Positions 51,912 through 60,795 of a stretch of 64,000 bases of DNA are shown in pieces. Numbering within the stretch: position 1 is the stretch's first letter; every line of letters starts with the position of its first letter. The stretch lies in sequence record NC_023688.1; one strand, 5' to 3'. Below the pieces are notes generated by a model. That model ran no database searches. It saw nothing but the letters and a program-made list of their open reading frames with translations, and had not been told where the DNA came from. Both the position numbers and the translations under genes were made by a program.

Positions 51912-52294
51912 TTGCATTTCTTTGCTCCCATTATACAATCGACGTTTTGACTAAAACCCTCATAACTGGTATTGATCTTTTTCTCTACCAATTTCGGTTT
52001 CTTAGCAACAACATCACCGCGACCGATCATTTTCTCAAGACCAGATACTTTGTTATCAAGCTTGGTATTAAGCTCGCCAATGCGTTTACCAAAGCTCTGG
52101 CTCTGAGTCGATAGCTCTGCTATGTTTGCTTTCAACTCTGCGGCCAATCGCACCTGGTTGTCTACCTGAGTTGATAAACTCGATATCTCTTTCTTCTGAT
52201 CTTCTATCGTGTCACTCATATACCAGAAAACGCCACCAAGCAACGCAATTCCGATTACACCAGTGGTCCACTTATTAGCTAATAAGCTCAACAT
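51908..52294 (-). CDS. Inner-membrane spanin (Rz-like, pseT.3)
   Basis: N-terminal TM, coiled coil, VVAKKPKLVEKKIN. Confidence 0.85.
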   Translation of the reverse strand: MLSLLANKWTTGVIGIALLGGVFWYMSDTIEDQKKEISSLSTQVDNQVRLAAELKANIAELSTQSQSFGKRIGELNTKLDNKVSGLEKMIGRGDVVAKKPKLVEKKINTSYEGFSQNVDCIMGAKKCK

Positions 52295-52328
52295 ATTTCC
52301 TCCTGTGTTGTTTATTATTTACGCCAAC

Positions 52329-52354
52329 GAAAAAGGCACCCGAAGGTGCCCTTG
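52329..52354 (-). terminator. C(UUCG)G terminator; similar hairpins at ~28386-28405, 57257-57282, 60146-60171
   Basis: Minus strand GGCACC-TTCG-GGTGCC followed by T-run, a T-even hallmark. Confidence 0.85.
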
Positions 52355-52355
52355 A

Positions 52356-52964
52356 TTAATCTTGCTCAACATCTTCAATCATGTAACGAGATACGTCATG
52401 ATCATCATGATATTGATTTCTCCAGCTACTAACGATAACAGTCGGCTTGTAATCGTAAATCATGAAATCGGCCGCGCCTTGATATTGCTCAATGATTTTC
52501 GAGATTTCTTCCCATTTGCCACCACCGATCCCGGCTCCAATTCGCGGCATGAGAACGAGCGCATTTACCTCGTCGGTCTCAACTGCTTCCTCAATCGTCA
52601 GCATCATTTCATCGAATGCGCGTTCGAATGCTTCTAAACGAAAATCCGGACCACCGTACAACTGAGAATAGAGATTGAACATAACAACACCGCCGCCGAT
52701 ATGCGCAACGCTATAAGTCCCGAGTTGATTCTTCTCTTTGTCTTCCGGAGTTACGAAATACTTTGCATAATTTTCATCTACAGCGGCTGCCATTGGATAA
52801 TTTCTTGCTACTTGTGCAGCAAATCCAGCTCCCATTGCAGCAAAGCAGTTGCAACCTTGTGCGACGTAGACCTTACCATTCTGATAGCCAGTGTTTGATT
52901 GACGCTTTGCGATGATCATGTTAATGACTTCGATCAAGTTTGCTTCGACGTATGTAATACTCAT
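52356..52964 (-). CDS. Macrodomain (ADP-ribose processing) protein
   Basis: QGCNCFAAMGAGFAAQVA, GTYSVA, NLYSQ, MPRIGAGIGGGKW. Confidence 0.88.
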   Translation of the reverse strand: MSITYVEANLIEVINMIIAKRQSNTGYQNGKVYVAQGCNCFAAMGAGFAAQVARNYPMAAAVDENYAKYFVTPEDKEKNQLGTYSVAHIGGGVVMFNLYSQLYGGPDFRLEAFERAFDEMMLTIEEAVETDEVNALVLMPRIGAGIGGGKWEEISKIIEQYQGAADFMIYDYKPTVIVSSWRNQYHDDHDVSRYMIEDVEQD

Positions 52965-53034
52965 TTTTGTTTCCTTTGATTAGAGATCTGTATCTTACTT
53001 GAGTTGAATTATAAAGTCAAACAAAAAAGCCTCC

Positions 53035-53139
53035 CTAGGGAGGCTCCATATCGTCGTTGCCACAGAATGGACAACTACCATCAGACACATCGGCGTGAAA
53101 CAGACTAGCCGAACAACGGTTGCATATATGTACTAACAT
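53035..53139 (-). CDS. 34-aa zinc-ribbon microprotein MLVHICNRCSASLFHADVSDGSCPFCGNDDMEPP (not in ORF track)
   Basis: GAGG RBS; CxxC...CxxC; stop lies inside palindromic terminator 53023-53047. Confidence 0.75.
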   Translation of the reverse strand: MLVHICNRCSASLFHADVSDGSCPFCGNDDMEPP

Positions 53140-53220
53140 TTTCTTTCCTCTTAGATAATGAATGTAACTCAAACGTCACCCGGCTACTGCTATAATGCCG
53201 GTTGTCTATAAAATAGACGA

Positions 53221-53706
53221 TTAATCTTGCTTATTTATGTGCTCACTATCTGAGCCATACTGATAGAATGCGTGTTCTGTGAAAAGACAACGATTCTTTT
53301 TGTCAACTAGAATGTCACGACATTCTAAAAACGATCTCTTTGTGCGCACCGCATTGTTCCACACCGCTTTTGGAAACTTATACTCTCGGTTCTTGCCTGT
53401 CAATGTCATTTCGTTAATGATAACGAGATTCGGAGTTTGACTAGCGAAACGATAGATACAGGAGCCGTCAATACAAGCGAAATCCATCATGTTCTTTGCA
53501 ATGTAGAAACTGATTTGCTGATTACCGCGCTTGAACCCACGCCACGGTTGACCATTTGCGACATCAAATCCAAGTGCATTCATGAATTCAACTAGAGATT
53601 CAAGCCGACATTTGATCGCATCCTCTTGATGCTCTCTGTTCTGCATTGCCGGCGTAGGCTCTTTCCATGTGTGTCGATGTTTCCAAGGGACATACTTGTA
53701 TTCCAT
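53221..53706 (-). CDS. Hypothetical protein
   Basis: Coupled to upstream ORF. Confidence 0.7.
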   Translation of the reverse strand: MEYKYVPWKHRHTWKEPTPAMQNREHQEDAIKCRLESLVEFMNALGFDVANGQPWRGFKRGNQQISFYIAKNMMDFACIDGSCIYRFASQTPNLVIINEMTLTGKNREYKFPKAVWNNAVRTKRSFLECRDILVDKKNRCLFTEHAFYQYGSDSEHINKQD

Positions 53707-54485
53707 TAGTTGCCCAACTGTTTCAGTTTGTTCTTGATAATGTTAACTCCATTAACAAGCATTTGCATGTTGCGCTTGGACATTTCCAGTTGTTCGCTGA
53801 TCTTGTTCATATGCTGTTCTTCTTGCTGAATGCGTTGATCGGCAGTCTTGAGTTCTTCTTGCAGCTTTTTACGCTCGATCTCAAAGCTATCATAGTGCGC
53901 AAGAATACGACGCATTGTGGCATCCATTACCTTAGCACCAAAATCACGCTGATACAACTCAATTGCGCGTTTGGCTTTGTCCATATCAATTCGAACTACC
54001 TCTTTGAAAAGATGCACCTCAGACGGCAGAATGATCGGATATTTCGGGCTATACTTGGATTTATTAGCACCAATCAGAACTTCAACAACGGCACCGAGTG
54101 CGTTATGATTCACGATTTCAAACACTTCATCGCCGACGATGTTCACAAAATCAGTATTCTCAGAACACTTGATCTTGTATGCATTCTTGGATGCTTCATC
54201 TTTGAATCCATAAGTTTTGCCAACACTCAACACTGTATCTACCTCTCGCTTTGTGGTAAATTGTTTTACTGCTTTAACAGAGATCCAACCGCGAGACGCA
54301 TACAGCCGCTTTCTTCCGTCAGCACTAGCGATAGTCATATAAACACCGTCTTTCTCGTCCAACAGACGGAATTCAAACTCTCGATTTTCTTGTGTCCACT
54401 TGATCAGCTCGAAGTGACGTTTAACGTCTGTGAACTTTTCCAACTGCTTTGGATGCATGGACTTGATGCGATATAGTGTAGCCAT
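53706..54485 (-). CDS. Paralog-array member 5 (extra N-terminal region)
   Basis: VGKTYGFKDEASKNAY...F...ILPSEVHLFKE. Confidence 0.7.
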   Translation of the reverse strand: MATLYRIKSMHPKQLEKFTDVKRHFELIKWTQENREFEFRLLDEKDGVYMTIASADGRKRLYASRGWISVKAVKQFTTKREVDTVLSVGKTYGFKDEASKNAYKIKCSENTDFVNIVGDEVFEIVNHNALGAVVEVLIGANKSKYSPKYPIILPSEVHLFKEVVRIDMDKAKRAIELYQRDFGAKVMDATMRRILAHYDSFEIERKKLQEELKTADQRIQQEEQHMNKISEQLEMSKRNMQMLVNGVNIIKNKLKQLGN

Positions 54486-54494
54486 TTTGTTCCC

Positions 54495-55004
54495 CTACTT
54501 GGTCAGAGAGATCAGTTGTTCCAGATCTGCCTTCATCTGTTCAAACTCAGATTGCTTTTTCTTGACGTTCTCGCTGTGATGAATCCAGCACTTGCGCAGA
54601 GAAGACATGGTGATCTTGGATTCAGCGGCATTCGGATGATAATGCAGATAGATATTCACCAGAGTTTCGAAGCGCATCGATTTGAACTCTTTATCGATAC
54701 GTTCTTTCGTGGAAATGTATTCCATGAAATAGCGCAGTTCTGAATTACCAATCGCGGTAACTTGAGATCCGGTATTAACCATTGTACCATTAACAGATAT
54801 TGTTTCTGCATTTTGAACGGTAGTGTCAATCACATCGGTAACGCTGCTTTTATCGGTGTATACCAGACGACCGGAAACAACCGTAAACACATCGCCATCC
54901 ATTTGTGCGGCAATTCTCGCATTGATGCTATGTGACTTGATGAATTCATTCTTTGCGCTTTCATCAATGAAAGTGTACTTCTTACCAACAACAACATTTT
55001 GCAT
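54495..55004 (-). CDS. Paralog-array member 4
   Basis: VGKKYTFIDESAKNEF..SH.IN; IY..YHPNAAESKIT; promoter TTGACA-17-GATAAT at 55035-55063. Confidence 0.75.
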   Translation of the reverse strand: MQNVVVGKKYTFIDESAKNEFIKSHSINARIAAQMDGDVFTVVSGRLVYTDKSSVTDVIDTTVQNAETISVNGTMVNTGSQVTAIGNSELRYFMEYISTKERIDKEFKSMRFETLVNIYLHYHPNAAESKITMSSLRKCWIHHSENVKKKQSEFEQMKADLEQLISLTK

Positions 55005-55067
55005 TTTGCATTTCCTCGTTTGTTTGTGTAGTGCGATTATCTCGCACAATCGCTCTTGTGTCAATAC

Positions 55068-55583
55068 TTACAGCATTTCTTTTCGCTGTGCCAGTGTCTT
55101 GGTAAGAATCTCGATCTTTTCTTCCAGCTCTCGAATGTTCTGGTTATGCATATCCCAAGCTTTACGAATACCAACCACGGTAATCTTGGAGTCGGGCGCA
55201 TCCGGATGATATGACTTATAAATCGCCATCAGTTTGTCAAACGGAGTTTTGGTAAATCGAACATTCGGATCGAGTTCTGGTTTTTCTGCCTCAACTTGAA
55301 AATACTGCATTTCGTGCTCATTGATCAGAGTTTTACCATTGTCGGTGTGAATAACTTTACCGTTACGATCTGCCAGATATGTCATGACGTCATCAACTAC
55401 CTCGCCTTTAGTGTTGACGAAATCGCCGTTCAAATCGCCACTGACGATCTGGAACACACCACCGATCGCTTCGATTGCTTTAGTAACTCGACGATTGATG
55501 TCGTGAGAGGTACGATAGTTCTCTTTTGCGTTGTCGTTCTTGAACTCATAGTTCACACCGATTTTCATAACAGCCATTTTCAT
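55068..55583 (-). CDS. Paralog-array member 3
   Basis: IGVNYEFKNDNAKENY..SH.IN; IYKSYHPDAPDSKIT; promoter TTGACA-17-GATAAT at 55607-55635. Confidence 0.75.
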   Translation of the reverse strand: MKMAVMKIGVNYEFKNDNAKENYRTSHDINRRVTKAIEAIGGVFQIVSGDLNGDFVNTKGEVVDDVMTYLADRNGKVIHTDNGKTLINEHEMQYFQVEAEKPELDPNVRFTKTPFDKLMAIYKSYHPDAPDSKITVVGIRKAWDMHNQNIRELEEKIEILTKTLAQRKEML

Positions 55584-55621
55584 TTCCTCATTTGTTTGTG
55601 TAAGATGATTATCGCTTTATA

Positions 55622-56149
55622 TCAGGCTAGTGTCAATACACTTTTCATCGCAGAACGACGTTTTTCTAGCTTTTCCATCTTTTCTTCGATGTAAGCCAAA
55701 TCACCGTTATATTTTTCAACAGCAGCAATCAGCTTTTCGACCGTTGCGTTTCTCGGATTCGATTGTGGATACATCAGCTTATAGATCGCCATTGCATCTT
55801 TAAGAGAAAGACCGATGATAGGATCTATTGGATTTACTTCTACAACTGGCTTTTGTTCCAGCTTTTCACACTCAACGAAGAATTGAAACTCTGGACAACT
55901 AACGACTACCATGCCACCGGCATCTATAGTCATGCCGTTTACGATATGACCTTCACTGGTTTTAATCGTCTGTGCTCGACCATCGCCGTCGATCTGTGTT
56001 ACTTCAAACGGTTCTGTTCCAATAAACTTGGCAAATTTCCGATTAGAACCATGCCGAGTCGCATAAGATTCCATATCACGTTCTGACTTAAATTTGTAGT
56101 AACGACCTTCGCGCATTTGATAAATCTCTTTAGGTATTGTATTAGTCAT
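55622..56149 (-). CDS. Paralog-array member 2
   Basis: EGRYYKFKSE...RH.SN; MAIYKLMYP. Confidence 0.75.
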   Translation of the reverse strand: MTNTIPKEIYQMREGRYYKFKSERDMESYATRHGSNRKFAKFIGTEPFEVTQIDGDGRAQTIKTSEGHIVNGMTIDAGGMVVVSCPEFQFFVECEKLEQKPVVEVNPIDPIIGLSLKDAMAIYKLMYPQSNPRNATVEKLIAAVEKYNGDLAYIEEKMEKLEKRRSAMKSVLTLA

Positions 56150-56495
56150 GTTTCAAAATCTCATTAAGTGTGAGTTCCATGATCTCAGATTCCATACCAG
56201 TTTGATATGCTTTCTTGATCTTGTCAAGAAGTTTATTCAAAGTGGATTGCTCTGCTTCCTCAAAATAAACGTAATCGGATTGAAGAATCGGATTATACGT
56301 CATTGTAACACCATTCAGCTTGTCAACGCAACCCTCAATCACAGAATCAACATGAATAACAGGCTGATTCATTACGTTGTGGATCTTGCGGTACGCGCTT
56401 GTTCCACTCGCTAGTCCCAGATTTTCGAAATACTGCTTTTTGTGATCTTCGCTGATGAATCGGATCTGTTGTCCGTCATACACTTTGTCTATCAT
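56142..56495 (-). CDS. Paralog-array member 1 (divergent)
   Basis: DGQQIRFISEDHKKQYF...ILQSDYVYFEE. Confidence 0.6.
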   Translation of the reverse strand: MIDKVYDGQQIRFISEDHKKQYFENLGLASGTSAYRKIHNVMNQPVIHVDSVIEGCVDKLNGVTMTYNPILQSDYVYFEEAEQSTLNKLLDKIKKAYQTGMESEIMELTLNEILKHD

Positions 56496-56685
56496 TACAT
56501 TTCCTCACGAAATCTTGTTCGTTGCCATAAACGACTTTTCTTATCTTTCTGTTCTGATAGTAGAACTCGATAAGTGCCGCATTTTCTTTAAGATATGGCA
56601 TCTTAGTGAATACCATATCTTCAATCAAGGAATTCTTCATCACGCCGTTGACGTTCTGAATCAGTCGGTGCTTGCTTGTTACCAT
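56476..56685 (-). CDS. Hypothetical protein
   Basis: Co-oriented; start uncertain. Confidence 0.55.
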   Translation of the reverse strand: MVTSKHRLIQNVNGVMKNSLIEDMVFTKMPYLKENAALIEFYYQNRKIRKVVYGNEQDFVRKCNDRQSV

Positions 56686-57098
56686 CGTTGATCTTCTCTT
56701 GATGATTGACAAGCGATCAAGCCGATCAAGCCGATAATCATGAGAGCAATACCACCCATCATAGAAATCGCACCCTTTTTCGACAAGCTCTTTTTATCCA
56801 TTGACTCGGTAGTGACAATGAATTTCTTACCAACTGGATACTGATCCATTGTTCTGTAAGCCAGCGGGTGATAGTTGATTTCAACTTTCTCGTTTGTGCG
56901 CGGGTCTGTGAATTGACACAGATTTTCCTGATAAACGCTATGTTTTGATCCAGTCATTCGCTGATAACAGCCATCGATTGGCATAGAAACATCGACATCA
57001 TCATAAAAACCGGTACAGATCAACATACCAGCGCCAATAACGAAACCAGCAGCACCACCAATACCGATAACTTCAAACATTTTAGATACAGACATCAC
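56679..57098 (-). CDS. Two-TM membrane protein
   Basis: Hydrophobic N- and C-terminal segments. Confidence 0.7.
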   Translation of the reverse strand: MMSVSKMFEVIGIGGAAGFVIGAGMLICTGFYDDVDVSMPIDGCYQRMTGSKHSVYQENLCQFTDPRTNEKVEINYHPLAYRTMDQYPVGKKFIVTTESMDKKSLSKKGAISMMGGIALMIIGLIGLIACQSSREDQRW

Positions 57099-57247
57099 GA
57101 TTTACTCATTAGTTTTGGTACGAACAATATAGCACCGGCTAAAAACATTGTCAACGCTACGGCCAATAAAAGTCCATATTTTCCGAAATAATGTAGAGCA
57201 GCGAAACATCCACCGTTTGCTGCAACACAAGTGATTAATCTTGTCAT
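57095..57247 (-). CDS. 50-aa hydrophobic protein (not in ORF track)
   Basis: GAGG RBS; MTRLITCVAANGG...KLMSKS; stop overlaps next start. Confidence 0.65.
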   Translation of the reverse strand: MTRLITCVAANGGCFAALHYFGKYGLLLAVALTMFLAGAILFVPKLMSKS

Positions 57248-57287
57248 AAAACCTCTATAAAAAACCCCACCGAAGTGGGGTTAACGA

Positions 57288-58370
57288 TTAGATCCCAGTA
57301 AAGTAGGAAATTATTTCATAATGATCGTCAAAGAAGTTATGACGATTGCGGCGAACCATGTGCATCGGCATCCAGAACACATCGCGAATTTCATCGCGAG
57401 GACTAACTTTAGGCAGTTTGCCATTGTTGTCTGGTTGCAATTCGATATACAGTGCCAAAGTCGGCTTGCAAATCGGATAACTACGACCCGGATAATCAAA
57501 AATCTTTTCTTTGCGAACAGATCCACGAATCACTGGCTCGGGCACTTTCAGACGAACTTCTTCGCGGAGTTCACGAATCGCACACTCTTTATAAGTCTCG
57601 TCTTCGTCTTTGTGACCACCCGGCAGAGCATACGCACCAAGTCCGGGGAGATTACCACGAATAGTCACCAGCAAATGACCATTACAAGTCACCACGGCGT
57701 CACCGGTTGAACAGTTCAGAGACTGACGATATGGATATGCTTCCATTTTCTTGAGTTCTTTCTTGTTGTGCTGGTGCTCTTTGGCGAGACGATCATATTC
57801 TTCGACTTTCTTGACCTTGTAGCCTTTCAGCCATTCAATCACACCCGGAGTAATAATCTCGCTATGCAGATCGCTAAAATCAAACTCTGGTTCAAAGAAA
57901 GAATCACGAATGAAAGTAGCACTGATCGGTTTCCCGTTATGCATCTGACATTCAATTTCAGTCAGTTCCCAGCCGAAAGTCTCAAGCCACCAACTGTTTT
58001 TGTCTTTCTTGTTACCAACCATGGTAATCTTGTCACCAAGTTGTTCGTCCACTGCATCGCGAATATCAGCTTGCCAGCGTTCATTGGTATAGTTGCTATC
58101 GTCAACATAACGGAAGTAAACTTGATTCGGATTCAGTCCGTAATCCTTCATGCCAACACGAAGCATTGCTTCACGTTCAGCCGGACGGAACGGGTTTTTC
58201 ATGTTCGGATATGCATTCGCAGAACCCAAGATAATGTATACCTTTTGCGCAACGCTCATTGCAACGCGAATCATTTCCAGATGGCCAACGTGATTAATTT
58301 GGAATCTACCGTTGACGACTGCGCGATCATACATTTTGTTCATTTCCCAAAACTCCTTTGGTAATGCCAC
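57288..58370 (-). CDS. Bifunctional NMN adenylyltransferase / Nudix ADP-ribose pyrophosphatase (NadM-Nudix type)
   Basis: GRFQINHVGH, GSAN...NPF...ER, ISATFIR, Nudix box GGHKDEDETYKECAIRELREEVRL, FFDDHYEII. Confidence 0.93.
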   Translation of the reverse strand: MALPKEFWEMNKMYDRAVVNGRFQINHVGHLEMIRVAMSVAQKVYIILGSANAYPNMKNPFRPAEREAMLRVGMKDYGLNPNQVYFRYVDDSNYTNERWQADIRDAVDEQLGDKITMVGNKKDKNSWWLETFGWELTEIECQMHNGKPISATFIRDSFFEPEFDFSDLHSEIITPGVIEWLKGYKVKKVEEYDRLAKEHQHNKKELKKMEAYPYRQSLNCSTGDAVVTCNGHLLVTIRGNLPGLGAYALPGGHKDEDETYKECAIRELREEVRLKVPEPVIRGSVRKEKIFDYPGRSYPICKPTLALYIELQPDNNGKLPKVSPRDEIRDVFWMPMHMVRRNRHNFFDDHYEIISYFTGI

Positions 58371-58402
58371 ACTCGGATCGGTGGCTTAACTCTATAAACA
58401 CA

Positions 58403-58627
58403 TTATACACGACTTGCGACATTCATCAAGAGATTTATCGCATCTTTTCTAAAACTATCTGGCAGATTGAAACAACAGATATCCCAGATGTTATTCCGCA
58501 AGATAGTGGTAGTCAAGTTTCGTGACTCCAGTTTAACAATGTGGCTTTCACCACACTGCTTCACATACTTACCAAGATACATCACACCGTCATAAAGTGC
58601 AAGAACAATTTCGTTTTCTTCAAACAT
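58403..58627 (-). CDS. Hypothetical SH3-like small protein
   Basis: Coupled ORF. Confidence 0.6.
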   Translation of the reverse strand: MFEENEIVLALYDGVMYLGKYVKQCGESHIVKLESRNLTTTILRNNIWDICCFNLPDSFRKDAINLLMNVASRV

Positions 58628-58830
58628 TATTTCACTTCCAGCCAGTAATAGCTAGATGCGAACGTGTTTGACTTAGGCACAATGCTAACACCAAGTCGAG
58701 TCTTCACCTCGATGCTATCTCCCAAATCGCGCTGTATAACGGCCAGATAGCTATAGCCGTTGATTAGAACGTGGCACGGGTGACCAACAACGTAATACAG
58801 TAACCCATATCTCAGTCCCATTATTTCCAC
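58627..58830 (-). CDS. Hypothetical small protein
   Basis: Coupled ORF. Confidence 0.6.
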   Translation of the reverse strand: MEIMGLRYGLLYYVVGHPCHVLINGYSYLAVIQRDLGDSIEVKTRLGVSIVPKSNTFASSYYWLEVK

Positions 58831-59084
58831 CTCATTTTCTTACAAACGGCGTTTGCCTCGTTGAACTTAGTATAATCTCGAAACGGATTTGAAATCAAGT
58901 AGATTGCTACCAATCCAGTTCGACTATGAAGCTCACACGGTTTTGTCTTGTTGTCTTGCAGAATACTGATTTCAATCCGATTCATCAGACTTTCAACGTC
59001 GGTTCTTAGCATCAGCGCAGACACAACCGCACTTGACAAGAAAGCAAGGATTACTAACAGAATACCGCGTGTTAGATCGTTCAT
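58821..59084 (-). CDS. Single-TM protein
   Basis: N-terminal TM; coupled. Confidence 0.6.
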   Translation of the reverse strand: MNDLTRGILLVILAFLSSAVVSALMLRTDVESLMNRIEISILQDNKTKPCELHSRTGLVAIYLISNPFRDYTKFNEANAVCKKMRWK

Positions 59085-59449
59085 TTTATTACTCCTACCA
59101 TGTCTTTACAGTAATCATACAGTTCCATATCTCGTTTCATCTTAAATGCAACGCTATCCCGCAATGACAATTTATAACAGGCATTTCTCAGATAAACACG
59201 GTATTGACCGCGAGCTTCGGACAAAGCCATCGTGTTTCTATCATAAATGTCTTGTTGCTCTTGATAAGTGATTTGTTCGTCGGCATGATTGAAAGCGTCT
59301 CTGTTTCGAATAACATCACCTTCTAGTTTGATCAGTTCTGTCAGAAATACTTTGTCCATCTGCTTGTCCATTTGAAACAACAGAACACCAACAACAACTA
59401 TAATGGCAGAGATAACAACACATCTAACCGCAGCGGCTTGACTATTCAT
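59081..59449 (-). CDS. Single-TM protein
   Basis: N-terminal TM after ATG 59449. Confidence 0.6.
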   Translation of the reverse strand: MNSQAAAVRCVVISAIIVVVGVLLFQMDKQMDKVFLTELIKLEGDVIRNRDAFNHADEQITYQEQQDIYDRNTMALSEARGQYRVYLRNACYKLSLRDSVAFKMKRDMELYDYCKDMVGVIK

Positions 59450-59849
59450 AAACTTTAACTCCAAAACCATTGCAGATGTTAGACGCAACAACAGAAACTT
59501 CTCGATTTGAGTCATACACTAAGCCACGCATTTGCACAACTCGATTTAGATGCCAACAATCTAACTTTATGTTTTGCTCGCTGTTTCGAAGAATCTCGGA
59601 ATTCACCATCTTGATTGTTTTAATGACGCTACTATCTGCCATTTCAATCTCTTCGATAGCAAACTCTTGTTTGGTTTCGAAATGCTTCTCGAATGACTCG
59701 AATACTAACTCGGCAGCTTTTTGTTCTTCTTGTAAGTCTTCTTGGTGCCATTTTTCTGAGTAAGTCTGATATTCATTGTAGATCTGACCACACGTAAAAG
59801 ACAGAACACCAAACCCAAGAAGTAATGTAAGTGCTTGATACCGTTTCAT
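59442..59849 (-). CDS. Single-TM protein
   Basis: N-terminal TM; coupled. Confidence 0.6.
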   Translation of the reverse strand: MKRYQALTLLLGFGVLSFTCGQIYNEYQTYSEKWHQEDLQEEQKAAELVFESFEKHFETKQEFAIEEIEMADSSVIKTIKMVNSEILRNSEQNIKLDCWHLNRVVQMRGLVYDSNREVSVVASNICNGFGVKVYE

Positions 59850-60061
59850 TTTACCAGCTCCATTTTGACGGAAGAGAATACTGCCAGCGCACCTTGACCA
59901 CCAACATCACAATACACAACATTAGCCAGTTTCAAATACATTGGGAAATCTTCTGGAGCATAAATCTCGTATTCATCATAACGATTTGTCAACAGATAAT
60001 TGGTATATTGCTCGATGCTGTCGAACAGAGTGTAACCGATTTTGATCATAAAGTCGTTCAT
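59846..60061 (-). CDS. Hypothetical early protein
   Basis: First gene after promoter copy B; GAGG RBS. Confidence 0.65.
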   Translation of the reverse strand: MNDFMIKIGYTLFDSIEQYTNYLLTNRYDEYEIYAPEDFPMYLKLANVVYCDVGGQGALAVFSSVKMELVK

Positions 60062-60082
60062 GATGTTTTCCTCAGCGCGTTT

Positions 60083-60144
60083 CGTTTCGATAGAGCTATA
60101 TTAACAGAACCACATTTCGTTGCAAGCTCTTTTTTCAAAAAGAA
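60083..60144 (-). promoter_or_regulatory. Extended early promoter element, copy B
   Basis: Near-duplicate of 28318-28379. Confidence 0.75.
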
Positions 60145-60176
60145 GCAAAAAGTCCACTCGAAGGTGGACTCTTATA

Positions 60177-60740
60177 TTAGCGCAGCTTGATAGTCTTAGC
60201 TTCGCCGGATTCGAAAGCTTCGTTGGTCTCTTTGTCAAGAACAATCTTACACAGAGTATCGACGTCTTTCTTCGGGAAACCAGCCATGTTAGAGAAGAAA
60301 CCAGACATCACAAAGTTACGTTGGTTTTCATAACCAGCACAGACGTCCAGCTTTTTGTCTTGACTCAGCTTGAACTCATTACGACCAGCTTCCATCGCAA
60401 CTTGCAGGCTCTTATACATGCTAGAATCAAACGGCAGATTATTTTCGGTCATGAACTGAGTAACAGCTTTGGAACCTTCTTTACCGTATCGACCTTGGAA
60501 AGTAGAGTCGATCACTTTTTTCAAGTCAGCGGTATACATTTCCGGGATTTGAGCCATGTCACGAATTTTCAGAGTGTACGCGCTCAAAGTGTTCTGACTT
60601 GCTTTGTGGAACTTCTCGATGTTCGATTCGAATCGAGTGTTAGTGTTTGAGGTACTGACATACATGCCAATGAACCCGGCAACCGGAACAACAACCAGAC
60701 CCAGAACAACAACAGCCAACAGAGTTTTATTCATTTTCAT
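60177..60740 (-). CDS. LemA-like membrane-anchored protein
   Basis: N-terminal TM followed by helical domain (IEKF...KIRDMAQIPEMYTADL). Confidence 0.65.
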   Translation of the reverse strand: MKMNKTLLAVVVLGLVVVPVAGFIGMYVSTSNTNTRFESNIEKFHKASQNTLSAYTLKIRDMAQIPEMYTADLKKVIDSTFQGRYGKEGSKAVTQFMTENNLPFDSSMYKSLQVAMEAGRNEFKLSQDKKLDVCAGYENQRNFVMSGFFSNMAGFPKKDVDTLCKIVLDKETNEAFESGEAKTIKLR

Positions 60741-60795
60741 TTCCTTTATAAACATTGTGAGTAGAACTATAAACCAACCAAATTTGTCGATCATA

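Noticed and set aside
57126-57156. TTGACA-17-TATATT promoter-like match
   Set aside because: Lies inside the 50-aa ORF 57095-57247; cannot be supported without TSS data
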